Origin: an uncultured Gammaproteobacteria bacterium
GTDB taxonomy: Bacteria; Patescibacteriota; Microgenomatia; UBA8517
Direction: 5' to 3'
DNA: 64,000 nucleotides
NCBI GenBank assembly: GCA_964583685.1
Contig: CAZOVJ010000002.1
Coordinates: 213,862 to 277,861 of the forward strand
A model generated the notes under the pieces. That model did not search any database and was not told the DNA's origin. It saw only the letters and a list, made by a program, of their open reading frames with translations. Shown here piece after piece: positions 56,097 to 64,000 of this stretch (position 1 is the stretch's first letter; each line of letters starts with the position of its first letter). The translations under genes and the position numbers were made by a program.

Positions 56097-56807
56097 ATGG
56101 AAGAAAGACGAAGCCAGTCACCAAAGAAAGTAGTCAATTCTGGGATAAAAGAAAATGTGGTGAGTTTATTGAAAGAATTGCCAGAGGGAGTTGAGTTAGT
56201 CGCAGCAGCAAAAGAAAGAAAACCGGAAGAAATTTTGGAAGCAGTTAAAGCGGGAGTGAGAATTATCGGCGAAAATTATATTGGGGAGGCAAAAAGAGTA
56301 TATGCAGTAGTAGGCAAGGAAGCAAAATGGCATTTTATTGGGCTTCCTGAAAGACAGAAACATGGTTTTCTAAGGCCAAGTGTTCTGAAAATGTTTGACA
56401 TGATAGAGACCATTGGCTCTTTTGAGATAGCAAAGGCAGTTAATGAAAAATGTGCCTCAATTGGTAAAGTGATGCCAATATTGGTCGAAATAAATAGCGG
56501 CAAAGAACCTCAGAAATATGGTGTATTACCAGAGAGTACAGTAGAGCTGGTAGAAAAGATATCTCAACTCCGTAACATAAAGGTGGTGGGGTTGATGACA
56601 ATGGGGCCTCGTGTTGGTAATCCAGAGGAGGCAAGGCCTTATTTTGTGGCAACAAGGGAGATATTTGATGGGCTGGAGAAGCTTGATTGGCCCAATGTAA
56701 GGATGAAATATCTTTCAATGGGAATGTCGAACTCGTGGAGAATTGCCGTTCAGGAGGGAGCCAATATGGTGAGAATAGGGACGGGGATATTTGGTAAAAG
56801 AGATTAG
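56097..56807 (+). CDS. yggS: YggS/PLP homeostasis protein
   Basis: LVAAAK, GENY, WHFIG, GLMTM, LSMGMS, VRIGTGIFG. Confidence 0.93.
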   Translation: MEERRSQSPKKVVNSGIKENVVSLLKELPEGVELVAAAKERKPEEILEAVKAGVRIIGENYIGEAKRVYAVVGKEAKWHFIGLPERQKHGFLRPSVLKMFDMIETIGSFEIAKAVNEKCASIGKVMPILVEINSGKEPQKYGVLPESTVELVEKISQLRNIKVVGLMTMGPRVGNPEEARPYFVATREIFDGLEKLDWPNVRMKYLSMGMSNSWRIAVQEGANMVRIGTGIFGKRD

Positions 56808-56869
56808 AGAAAATAGTTCTCCTTCTTATTGGAACTTCTTTATCTTTGTAAATAGAGTTAAAGGGATAG

Positions 56870-57169
56870 TTAAATCTTGAAGTTTGTGTCCACAATTAGC
56901 TCTCTCTCCTCTCCAGTTAAGGAAGGTTGAGGCTTTCCGCCTGTTGTTAAGCATGTATCTGCTGTGGCTTGGTGATGGAAAGCCTCTTTTTGTTCTTGGG
57001 TCAGCCTTGGTTGGTCTATATCAAGAAGTACTTTTAGCTCTAGTAATCTTTCTCTATCTTCTTCTGTCCAACTGCGAGAGTTTGTTTGTTTTCTGGTAAG
57101 CTCAAGGTATTCTTGGTATTCTTCACTGAGAGCCTCTTCTATTGTTAGTGCTTGTAATGATTCAGACAT
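56870..57169 (-). CDS. Hypothetical protein
   Basis: 99-aa acidic ORF with TGCTATAAT-type promoter upstream on the minus strand. Confidence 0.6.
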   Translation of the reverse strand: MSESLQALTIEEALSEEYQEYLELTRKQTNSRSWTEEDRERLLELKVLLDIDQPRLTQEQKEAFHHQATADTCLTTGGKPQPSLTGEERELIVDTNFKI

Positions 57170-57191
57170 ATCTTTTGGAATTATAGCATAG

Positions 57192-57225
57192 CAGAATATT
57201 TTCTGGTATCGTCCACGACAGGATA
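57192..57225. repeat. att-like site S13
   Basis: AATATTTTCTGGTATCGTCCACGACAGGATA; minus strand YPVVDDTRKYS. Confidence 0.65.
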
Positions 57226-57375
57226 GTTAAATTGAAAATTTTCGCCAAAAGTATTCTTTTCTTGTCACGAGCTCAAAATTCAGCTATAATATGAGCCAGA
57301 AGAGCTTGCCTTCTTTGTGTATCCTATATTGTCCACTTGCGATGGATTTTAGAAAGGGGTAGCTTGGTGGCCTCA

Positions 57376-57906
57376 ATGAAAAACAATACACCATTAAAGG
57401 TTGGTGATAAGATAGTTGACTTTGGTCAAGTTTATAGAATTTTTAAAATTGAAAAGAGAAAGAACACCGAGGGTAAAAGAGAAAAGGTTATCTCTTTCAA
57501 GCCATTTTTTAGAAATCGACAGAATAAAGGTTTAGTTTGTTCCATTCCTATAAAAAATATCAGCCTGACCAATATTAGAAGGCCAATTTCTAAGAGGAAA
57601 TTGAAAGAATTATTAAAGAGGCTCTCAAAAAAACCAGAGACTAAAAAACCAATTAACACCAAAAAGGCAAGAAATACGCTGAACCTAAATGGGGTTCAAA
57701 AAGCAGCCCAAGTTTTAAAAAGAATCTGGTTGGATAAAAATGATGGATCAACAAACCTTACTAAAGCCAAAAGAGACATTCTTGATTTATCAATGAAAAG
57801 GTTAGTGGAAGAAGTTGCTTTTGTTTTTGGCATTTCTGTTGCCCAGGCGAGGAAAAAAATTAAAAGAAGATTAAAAAGGTTAGGAAATGAACAAAACAAA
57901 GCTTAA
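57376..57906 (+). CDS. CarD-like protein
   Basis: LKVGDKIV...SIPIKNISLTNIRRPIS...KRLVEEVAFV. Confidence 0.65.
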   Translation: MKNNTPLKVGDKIVDFGQVYRIFKIEKRKNTEGKREKVISFKPFFRNRQNKGLVCSIPIKNISLTNIRRPISKRKLKELLKRLSKKPETKKPINTKKARNTLNLNGVQKAAQVLKRIWLDKNDGSTNLTKAKRDILDLSMKRLVEEVAFVFGISVAQARKKIKRRLKRLGNEQNKA

Positions 57907-58019
57907 CACTAACAGTGCCCAGCTTTTCTGCCTAAAGGATTTAATAAAACTTACTGTGAAATGACTCCTAAGGAGAAATATTCAATGTTGGATGCTAGAA
58001 CCTGATATAATTCAGATTG

Positions 58020-58277
58020 ATGAGCGAAATTACTTTGTCTCAAAAAGCTAAAAACATAAAACCAGGGATATATGAGCATTACAAAAAGCACAGATACCAA
58101 GTTCTTGGTGTTGTGATTCACAGCGAAACTTTAGAGGAACTGGTCTTGTATAAAGCTCTGTATGGCAAAAAACTAACTTGGATAAGACCTTTGAACATGT
58201 TTTTTGAAGAGGTTGAAGTAGGGGGCGTAAAACAGCCAAGGTTTAAATTGATTAAAGAGACAAAAAAGCCTTTATAG
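58020..58277 (+). CDS. DUF1653 family protein
   Basis: GIYEHYK...HSETLEELVLYKALY...WIRPLNMF...PRF. Confidence 0.88.
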   Translation: MSEITLSQKAKNIKPGIYEHYKKHRYQVLGVVIHSETLEELVLYKALYGKKLTWIRPLNMFFEEVEVGGVKQPRFKLIKETKKPL

Positions 58278-58319
58278 GAATTCTCGCTATTTTAGATGAG
58301 ATTGTGTAGACTGATTCTA

Positions 58320-58586
58320 ATGGAAGGCCTTGATCAGCAGCTAACCCAGTTTTTCTCTAATCCTCAACTTTTCTTACCATTATTAATCTGGAATATCTTT
58401 TGGAAGGGTTTTGCTTTGTGGAAAGCGAGCCAGAAAAGGCAACTTGTCTGGTTTGTTATTTTATTGTTGGTCAATAGCTTGGGGTTACTGGAGATTGCCT
58501 ATATATTCTTCCTCAATCGCTGGGACATTGATGGAGGAAAGTTATTAAGCTTTTTAGAGAAAAAGTTTAGTAAATCGAAAAGTTAA
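58320..58586 (+). CDS. DUF5652 family membrane protein
   Basis: WNIFWKGFALWKAS...WFVILLLVNSLGLLEIAY. Confidence 0.8.
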   Translation: MEGLDQQLTQFFSNPQLFLPLLIWNIFWKGFALWKASQKRQLVWFVILLLVNSLGLLEIAYIFFLNRWDIDGGKLLSFLEKKFSKSKS

Positions 58587-58587
58587 G

Positions 58588-59124
58588 ATGAAGAAAATAG
58601 TACCCATTTCAATAATTGTTCTGTCTTTGTTTGTTCTACCGTCTATTGTTTTAGCCCAAGGTCAAGCCAAAGGACAACCTAAATCAGTCAGTTCTAGAAG
58701 CGAAATTGCTAGACAGCATATGAGTGTGGTGGCTGAAACAGTTGAAGAGCTACTGACTACTCAAGGAGCCAAAGGTGGCATTGGCCAGCAAATAAGCGAA
58801 GTGGCCAGACAACAACAGCAAGCCCAGGAAGATATTGAGGAGCAGGTAGATAAACTGGAGGCAAGGCGGGGCTTGATGAAAAAGCTGTTCGGTCCTGATT
58901 ACAAAGCAATTAAGAATCTTAACCGGCAAATGGGGCGGAATCAGCTAAGAATTCAGCAATTGGAACAGCTACAAACTCAAGTTACTAATCAAGCCGACCA
59001 AACTCAGATTCAAGGAACAGTTCAAGCCATGGTTGAGCAAAATACTGTCTTACAAGAGCAAGTTCGAGCTGAAGAACAAGTAGGCAGTCTTTTTGGCTGG
59101 CTATTTAAACTGCTTGCAGGGTAA
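58588..59124 (+). CDS. Secreted coiled-coil hypothetical protein
   Basis: Signal peptide, GGIGQQISEVA, KKLFGPDYKAI, SLFGWL. Confidence 0.75.
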   Translation: MKKIVPISIIVLSLFVLPSIVLAQGQAKGQPKSVSSRSEIARQHMSVVAETVEELLTTQGAKGGIGQQISEVARQQQQAQEDIEEQVDKLEARRGLMKKLFGPDYKAIKNLNRQMGRNQLRIQQLEQLQTQVTNQADQTQIQGTVQAMVEQNTVLQEQVRAEEQVGSLFGWLFKLLAG

Positions 59125-59136
59125 AGCAAATCAGTT

Positions 59137-59148
59137 AGCCCGGGGAGC
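59137..59148. repeat. Distal attR-like copy of the tRNA-Asn 3' end (S14)
   Basis: AGCCCGGGGAGC identical to 38176-38187. Confidence 0.7.
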
Positions 59149-59259
59149 TAATTTGTTTTTTTTGAGATTTAGTGTTACAATCTTTTTGTAAAAGATTTAC
59201 TTTTGGCAGTTATGCTTCAAAGAAATCTTCAAAATAAAGATAAAGGTGGTGAGAATTAA

Positions 59260-59514
59260 TTGAATAAAAAACTTTACGTAGGCAACTTAGATTATTCTGT
59301 TACCCAAGATCAGTTAAAAGAACATTTTGCTCAAGCAGGTAGTGTGGTTGATGTAGCAGTGATTACGGATAGATATTCAGGAAGAGGTAAGGGTTTTGGT
59401 TTTGTTGAAATGGCTACTGAGGAAGAGGCAAAAAAGGCAATAGAAATGTTTAATGAAAAAGATTTTGGTGGAAGAAATATTGTTGTCAACGAAGCTCGTC
59501 CAAAAAGAGAGTAA
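59260..59514 (+). CDS. RRM (RNP-1) RNA-binding protein
   Basis: LYVGNL, KGFGFVEM, VNEARP. Confidence 0.93.
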   Translation: MNKKLYVGNLDYSVTQDQLKEHFAQAGSVVDVAVITDRYSGRGKGFGFVEMATEEEAKKAIEMFNEKDFGGRNIVVNEARPKRE

Positions 59515-59567
59515 AAAGCAGCGGGGTGAATAGAAACTTAAAAATTCGATTTAGACTCGTGAGAGGT

Positions 59568-60332
59568 TTATTTTCCCTTTGCGCCTTTCGCTCCTGAACG
59601 GTAAAGGCGGTGCAGGTTATGTTTTGACGCTGCCTTACGGACTAGGGCTCTATAATCTTTATAAGAATAATAAAAAGGAACCAATAAACCACCTCTTTTA
59701 ATAAACTCTCGCTGTTTTTTTAACTGGGGGTTGATGATTCCAGGAGGGAGGACAAGGATATATGCTAACAGACCTTGGTAGAGGCATCTTTCCCAGAAAA
59801 ATTCTTCGATAGGAGCAAGAGATTTTCCAATTTGGCCAGGATTGAGCACGGATTGTATACCACTGCTGCGCTTAACGACCCCTTTTCTTGATCGGTCACT
59901 GGGGTACCTATGGATCATTTTAACTTCCCAAACCGTCGGTATGCCTCCAATAATGGTTATCAAATCGTATTCTGTCTGAGGACGACTTGTTTCTTTAGAA
60001 TAGGCTATTAGATACCCGTTTTGTTCTTTAAATATAAATCCTTGGGTTCTAGCTTCGTCGAGAATAGGGTCAACAACTACTTTTATGTCTCCAGTATATT
60101 CTTTCAATATTCTTTCAAGATGAACTTCTGCCAGGATTCCTGGCAGATCTTTAGATTGCCAGAGTCTCTGCCTTCTATAATCTTCTTGGAGAAGAGCTAT
60201 TGTCGCGTCCATTTTAAAAGGAGCCGTTCGGACAAACTCGGCTATTTGTCGCAACTGAGGAGTTTGGGCCAATTGAAGTGCATCTTTTTTAGGTTGTAAG
60301 ACTGGTTCTTGAGATAGTATTTCTATGTTCAC
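59568..60332 (-). CDS. Hypothetical protein, PD-(D/E)xK-like
   Basis: GILAE...EYDLITIIGGIPTVWEVK. Confidence 0.55.
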   Translation of the reverse strand: MNIEILSQEPVLQPKKDALQLAQTPQLRQIAEFVRTAPFKMDATIALLQEDYRRQRLWQSKDLPGILAEVHLERILKEYTGDIKVVVDPILDEARTQGFIFKEQNGYLIAYSKETSRPQTEYDLITIIGGIPTVWEVKMIHRYPSDRSRKGVVKRSSGIQSVLNPGQIGKSLAPIEEFFWERCLYQGLLAYILVLPPGIINPQLKKQREFIKRGGLLVPFYYSYKDYRALVRKAASKHNLHRLYRSGAKGAKGK

Positions 60333-60461
60333 TCTTTAATTATAGGCTATTTTTCTAGCTTTCTCAATGTAAAATCGTTTCACAGGTCGAACGAATATCC
60401 TATAAGATTGAATTTGGGATATTTTGTGGTATTATTTAGCCGCGAGAAACTGTTTTGATTT

Positions 60462-61706
60462 GTGATGGTTGAAATATTGAGAGCAGCACCAATTGAGGGT
60501 AAGTATAAAAGAGGTGAACGTAGGGCTAAGCAGGAGCAAACACTGGGTTTGTTACTCCAGGTAAATCCTCTTACCATGGATGAGATCTTGACAAAGGTTC
60601 ATACTCAACTTGTGAGGCTGTTAGTCGTTACACCAGGGAGGACAGATAAAAGCCCAAGGGAAAAGATAGAGATGGTACTGAGGGCCTTTGGCAATACTGA
60701 TTCTGCGGTGGCTAAGGAATATGAGGCAACTCGTAATTCGCTACGAAGGTATAGGAGAGATGTGGTGGTTGCTTTGGCTTTTGTTTTGTCTCAAGGTTCC
60801 TACTCTATTGACGGCTTGATTCACTTGAGTCCAGAGGAAGAGCATAGATTTGATCGATTAGTTGAGATTCAACGAAGATCTGAATTAATTGAGCGTAAAC
60901 TGAACAATGAGCAAGTTTCAGAGACCCTGGCTGATTTTCCCCATGTTAGGGAGCTGTTGAGGGCTTACCAAGAATATGGAGATGTAAACCCCCTTCTTAG
61001 AGAGGCAGGAATAGATATGAAGAAAAGGGAGAAACGTTATGCTAATGACGCGGTGAAAGCTTATTTATTTGGACAGACAAGACGGGGAAGCAAAAGAGAA
61101 AATGAGGGGGTTGAAGGGGTTCGTTTATGGGCAAGGAGGCTTGTCTTAGGCAGATGGTACAAGAATGGAACAGATTATCGGGGACGCGAAATTGGCTCAA
61201 AAAAAATTTCTTTGGCGGCGGCCGCTATCATCTCTCGTCCTTTAGAAAACCCAGACCGTAAACTATGGATGGCTTACCATGGTGCTAGCAGGTTCTTTGA
61301 AAAGATTTTGGAAAAAGAGTTTCTTAGCCTGAGAGATGACCCAGGTCCGATATTTAAGGAATTTTTCCCATTGAAAGATAGCACTGGGGAATTAAAGAGC
61401 TTTGAGGATGTTGATGTAGCCAGCTCGTATCGTGTTTATGCTGATTATCACTTAGTACCCGGGAGTCTAAGGGACTTAATAAAATCAGTTGTCGATGGAG
61501 GTAGTCGTACAAACTTAGGAAGATCACTTCCAAATGGGGAGTTTTATTCTGAAAGTGAAATTAATAGATGGATGAGGTCAGGGCTCATGTTAGTTGAACG
61601 CTGTTTATTGTTGTGGGAAGTGCCAAGTAATCGAGTAAAGTTTTTTCCTAAGGGCCAGGGGGAGAACCTAAGGGAGGCCAAAAGGGAAATTTTACAGGTT
61701 AATTAA
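60462..61706 (+). CDS. Hypothetical protein
   Basis: 414-aa ORF, no recognised motif. Confidence 0.7.
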   Translation: MMVEILRAAPIEGKYKRGERRAKQEQTLGLLLQVNPLTMDEILTKVHTQLVRLLVVTPGRTDKSPREKIEMVLRAFGNTDSAVAKEYEATRNSLRRYRRDVVVALAFVLSQGSYSIDGLIHLSPEEEHRFDRLVEIQRRSELIERKLNNEQVSETLADFPHVRELLRAYQEYGDVNPLLREAGIDMKKREKRYANDAVKAYLFGQTRRGSKRENEGVEGVRLWARRLVLGRWYKNGTDYRGREIGSKKISLAAAAIISRPLENPDRKLWMAYHGASRFFEKILEKEFLSLRDDPGPIFKEFFPLKDSTGELKSFEDVDVASSYRVYADYHLVPGSLRDLIKSVVDGGSRTNLGRSLPNGEFYSESEINRWMRSGLMLVERCLLLWEVPSNRVKFFPKGQGENLREAKREILQVN

Positions 61707-61739
61707 GACATGAGGCGGAAATCTGCTAAGATATAGAAA

Positions 61740-62072
61740 GTGAAAATCTTTTCTAAAAACATAAACCCTTCTTTGGCCTTCATTGCTTTTTTGCAGGCAC
61801 TGAGTTTGGCTGTTTATTGCTGCCTGGTGGGGATGCTGATTTGGCGGGGCAATAGATGGTTTGGCCCGATAACAACTTTTTGGGGACCAGTTCTTTTTTT
61901 GGTTCTTTTTGTTGCCTCGGCCTTGGTTTGTAGCCTCTTAGTGCTGGGCTATCCGATTATTCTGTTCTGGGAAAAGAAGCAAACGATCCGTGCTTTGAGG
62001 TTGGTTGTCTGCACCACTTGTTGGCTAATATTTTTCACCTTTCTTATTATTCTGACCCTTATTTCTTGCTAA
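61740..62072 (+). CDS. Hypothetical membrane protein
   Basis: 3 TMs, FLVLFVASALVC...GYP. Confidence 0.7.
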   Translation: MKIFSKNINPSLAFIAFLQALSLAVYCCLVGMLIWRGNRWFGPITTFWGPVLFLVLFVASALVCSLLVLGYPIILFWEKKQTIRALRLVVCTTCWLIFFTFLIILTLISC

Positions 62073-62076
62073 AGGG

Positions 62077-62505
62077 ATGAAAAAAATAACAACAACATTT
62101 TGCTTATTAATGGTTATTTTCGTAGCAATCACAAGTGCCATTTTCATTCCAGCTCCTGTTTCTATAAAGCAGAACCTTTTTCCTTTAATGGCCTTTCTCT
62201 CGATTGCTTATTTTTTATTGGGTATCAGCTTGGTTTTTTTAACCTTAAAGGAAAAGGTGAAGGGGAGGCTCAAAAAATTTTTGCTATTGACCGGAGCTTG
62301 CGCAACAGGATTTTTACCCAGTGTCTTGTTCCACAATTTCCTTTATGGCCTAAGTGTGCTGAGTGCTGAAGTTATTTTACTCCACAATTTACTGGAAGTT
62401 CTTCATGCCGCATTTTTTATCATAGCCATCCTTGCCTGCCCCCTGGGTTTTTTGATTGGCGCCGTGGCGAGCGTGGTCTTGTTTTTCAGGAAAAGAAAAA
62501 AATAA
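62077..62505 (+). CDS. Hypothetical membrane protein
   Basis: 4 TMs, LKKFLLLTGA...HNFLYG. Confidence 0.7.
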   Translation: MKKITTTFCLLMVIFVAITSAIFIPAPVSIKQNLFPLMAFLSIAYFLLGISLVFLTLKEKVKGRLKKFLLLTGACATGFLPSVLFHNFLYGLSVLSAEVILLHNLLEVLHAAFFIIAILACPLGFLIGAVASVVLFFRKRKK

Positions 62506-62558
62506 TTCTTTAGCTAACCAGATGTGGTATAAATTAAAGAGAGAAAAGAGGTGAGAGA

Positions 62559-63098
62559 ATGAAAAAGATTTTTCCAATTGTGGCTATTGTCGTTGTTGGC
62601 CTATTGGCTGTTGGAGCTTGGTTGATTTTTGGTCAAGGGAAGTCTGTTTCTGGACCGGCCGAGCTGTTGGTAGGAAAAAAAGAGGAAACCCTTACAGGCA
62701 GCCTTAAAGATTTAATTACTCGTGGTATATCAATGAAGTGTAGTTTCAAGAATGAGAGTCTTTCTGGCACCGCTTATCTTAAGGGCCAGAAATATTACGC
62801 TGAGATTAGCCAAGAGGGAAAGCAGGGTTTTATTATCATGAAGGATAATTGCATGTGGACATGGGATAAGGACAGTGCCCAGGGAGTGAAAATGTGCTTT
62901 CAGCCAAGCGAAGTAGAAGGAGAGGATGTTTGGGAACAAGCAGACCAGACAGGGCAGGGTTCGCCAGAGGGCGAATATACTTGTCAGGCCGCTGTCGTTT
63001 CTGATTTGAAATTCAATCCTCCGACCAATGTAGAGTTCATGGATATGAGCCAAGGTTTGCCTAGCTTGCCGAGTCAGGGCCTCCCTGCCGGCTTCTAG
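62559..63098 (+). CDS. Membrane-anchored/secreted hypothetical protein
   Basis: N-terminal TM; SLKDLI...MKCSF...CMWTW...FNPPTNVEF. Confidence 0.7.
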   Translation: MKKIFPIVAIVVVGLLAVGAWLIFGQGKSVSGPAELLVGKKEETLTGSLKDLITRGISMKCSFKNESLSGTAYLKGQKYYAEISQEGKQGFIIMKDNCMWTWDKDSAQGVKMCFQPSEVEGEDVWEQADQTGQGSPEGEYTCQAAVVSDLKFNPPTNVEFMDMSQGLPSLPSQGLPAGF

Positions 63099-64000
63099 CC
63101 GAACATCAAAATTTCAGGCTTGAAGATAAGTAAAATGCCGATAATGGCCATGAGGACGCCACCAATTAGGTGAGAAGCGCGGCTGTACTTGGTGCTGATT
63201 CCTGTTATTTCTAGGGTGATCATGGCAACAAAAAAGACAAATAAGTCATCAAGCATGAAGACGAAAATATAAAGCAACATATAGAGATAATAGTGCCATT
63301 TAGAAAGATGGCTTAAACTTAAAATCTGGGTAAAGACAACCGGCAAGCCGGCAGAACATATCAGCTCTATCAGATTGACAGCAAAAGCCAAAACAATTAT
63401 TCCCCCAAGGGCGAGTAAAAACTGCCTGCGGAGGGTATTTTTTTTCAGTTCTTCAAAGACCCTCTGCCTTTTTCCTTGACCTGTTATCTTGCAACTGCTT
63501 GCCTTGTTGACAAAGTATTCCCTTAAATTGTAAACGCCTCCACCTAGAGCTACCAGGCCAACAACAATTCTCACCCAGATAATAAAACCTAGAAATAAAA
63601 GCAGATTGAGCCAAGAGGCCATAAAGAGGAAGTAGACAAAGGCAGAAGTAACAATAAAAGCAGTTCCTAGAACCCACCTTCTCTTTTTATCTTTCATGGC
63701 CAAAAGAAGAGTGATTAAAAACAAAAGGGTCCACATGGCACAGGGATTAAACCCATCCAGTCCTCCCAGAATTACTGTCAATATTGGCAAAGATAGATTT
63801 TTAGTTTCTATTTCGCCAAAAATCGGCAGTCGAATTTTTTCTAAAGGGATGGGGTTTTCGGCCATCTGGGCCTTCACTGCCGGGTTAAGATTCTTTGGTC
63901 CAAGCAAGCCTTTGACAACATCATTACAGCCATTTTGGGCAGCGCACTGAATTGCCCGCTCTATCAAGCTACCAGTAATTTCTTCGTCATACCAGCCAAC
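63095..64000 (-). CDS. Glutaredoxin/DsbD-like membrane protein (5' end outside window)
   Basis: DGFNPCAMW, VNLIELICSAGLP, FMLDD; reading frame open to the window edge. Confidence 0.75.
   Translation of the reverse strand, partial: VGWYDEEITGSLIERAIQCAAQNGCNDVVKGLLGPKNLNPAVKAQMAENPIPLEKIRLPIFGEIETKNLSLPILTVILGGLDGFNPCAMWTLLFLITLLLAMKDKKRRWVLGTAFIVTSAFVYFLFMASWLNLLLFLGFIIWVRIVVGLVALGGGVYNLREYFVNKASSCKITGQGKRQRVFEELKKNTLRRQFLLALGGIIVLAFAVNLIELICSAGLPVVFTQILSLSHLSKWHYYLYMLLYIFVFMLDDLFVFFVAMITLEITGISTKYSRASHLIGGVLMAIIGILLIFKPEILMFG

Larger units (their letters stand above)
38176..59148. mobile_element. tRNA-Asn-anchored composite genomic island / cassette array
   Basis: 12-bp direct repeat AGCCCGGGGAGC at 38176-38187 (tRNA 3' end) and 59137-59148; recombinase at left end; many internal att-like sites. 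Confidence 0.75.

Noticed and set aside
56805-56840. Additional att-like site after yggS (AAAATAGTTCT)
   Set aside because: Only a short match; the tail translation is out of register and there is no core
57907-57945. att-like site after the CarD-like gene
   Set aside because: The right arm and promoter resemble S9, but I cannot see a core or left arm, so it is not counted
45075-59148. CRISPR array interpretation of the recurring ACTAGTCCGAACTTC repeats
   Set aside because: Spacing is 0.1-4 kb with whole genes in between, repeats are degenerate, and no cas genes are present
38148-59148. Classical integron (IntI/attC)
   Set aside because: The only recombinase is a serine family enzyme, and the sites lack the RYYYAAC...GTTRRRY long imperfect palindrome
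21-63950. Numerous short antisense ORFs in the ORF track (e.g. 21..233, 36642..37178, 42578..42985, 56440..56895)
   Set aside because: They are shadows of well-supported genes on the opposite strand

Overview
This window looks like the replication-origin region of a Patescibacteria/CPR genome, probably Microgenomates-like. That assignment is inferred from gene content and style, and TGA is used as a stop codon (standard code). 1-9.8 kb holds the core origin cluster (rplY, DUF4012 protein, RNase HI, O-antigen ligase-like, jag-yidC-yidD-rnpA-rpmH, dnaA, oriC with DnaA boxes and DnaA-trios, dnaN). 9.8-27.3 kb is a chromosomal CPR-type T4SS-like locus (M23 protein, VirB4, PrgI, VirB6-like, SLT-like protein, 8 tandem VirB2-like pilins), interrupted by an AbiE-type TA pair and by an opposite-strand gene pair preceded by a cobalamin riboswitch. 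27.4-38.2 kb is core: spoIID-like, smpB overlapping tmRNA, comF, all four tRNA-Ser, tRNA-Arg(GCG), dnaG, rpoD and tRNA-Asn. 38.2-59.15 kb is the most interesting part. A large serine recombinase reads through the tRNA-Asn 3' end and is followed by a ~7 kb element and then a ~14 kb array of 1-3-gene cassettes, many with their own promoter. About 13 degenerate att-like sites separate the cassettes. On the minus strand each site encodes an alternative recombinase C-terminal tail (consensus roughly LP-x-V-D-x-V-R-[TN]-[SY]-[FL]), which suggests an integron-like, serine-recombinase-driven cassette accretion system with swappable integrase C-termini. 59.2-64 kb holds an RRM protein and hypothetical or membrane genes. 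All family calls come from motif recognition by eye; no database searches were run.
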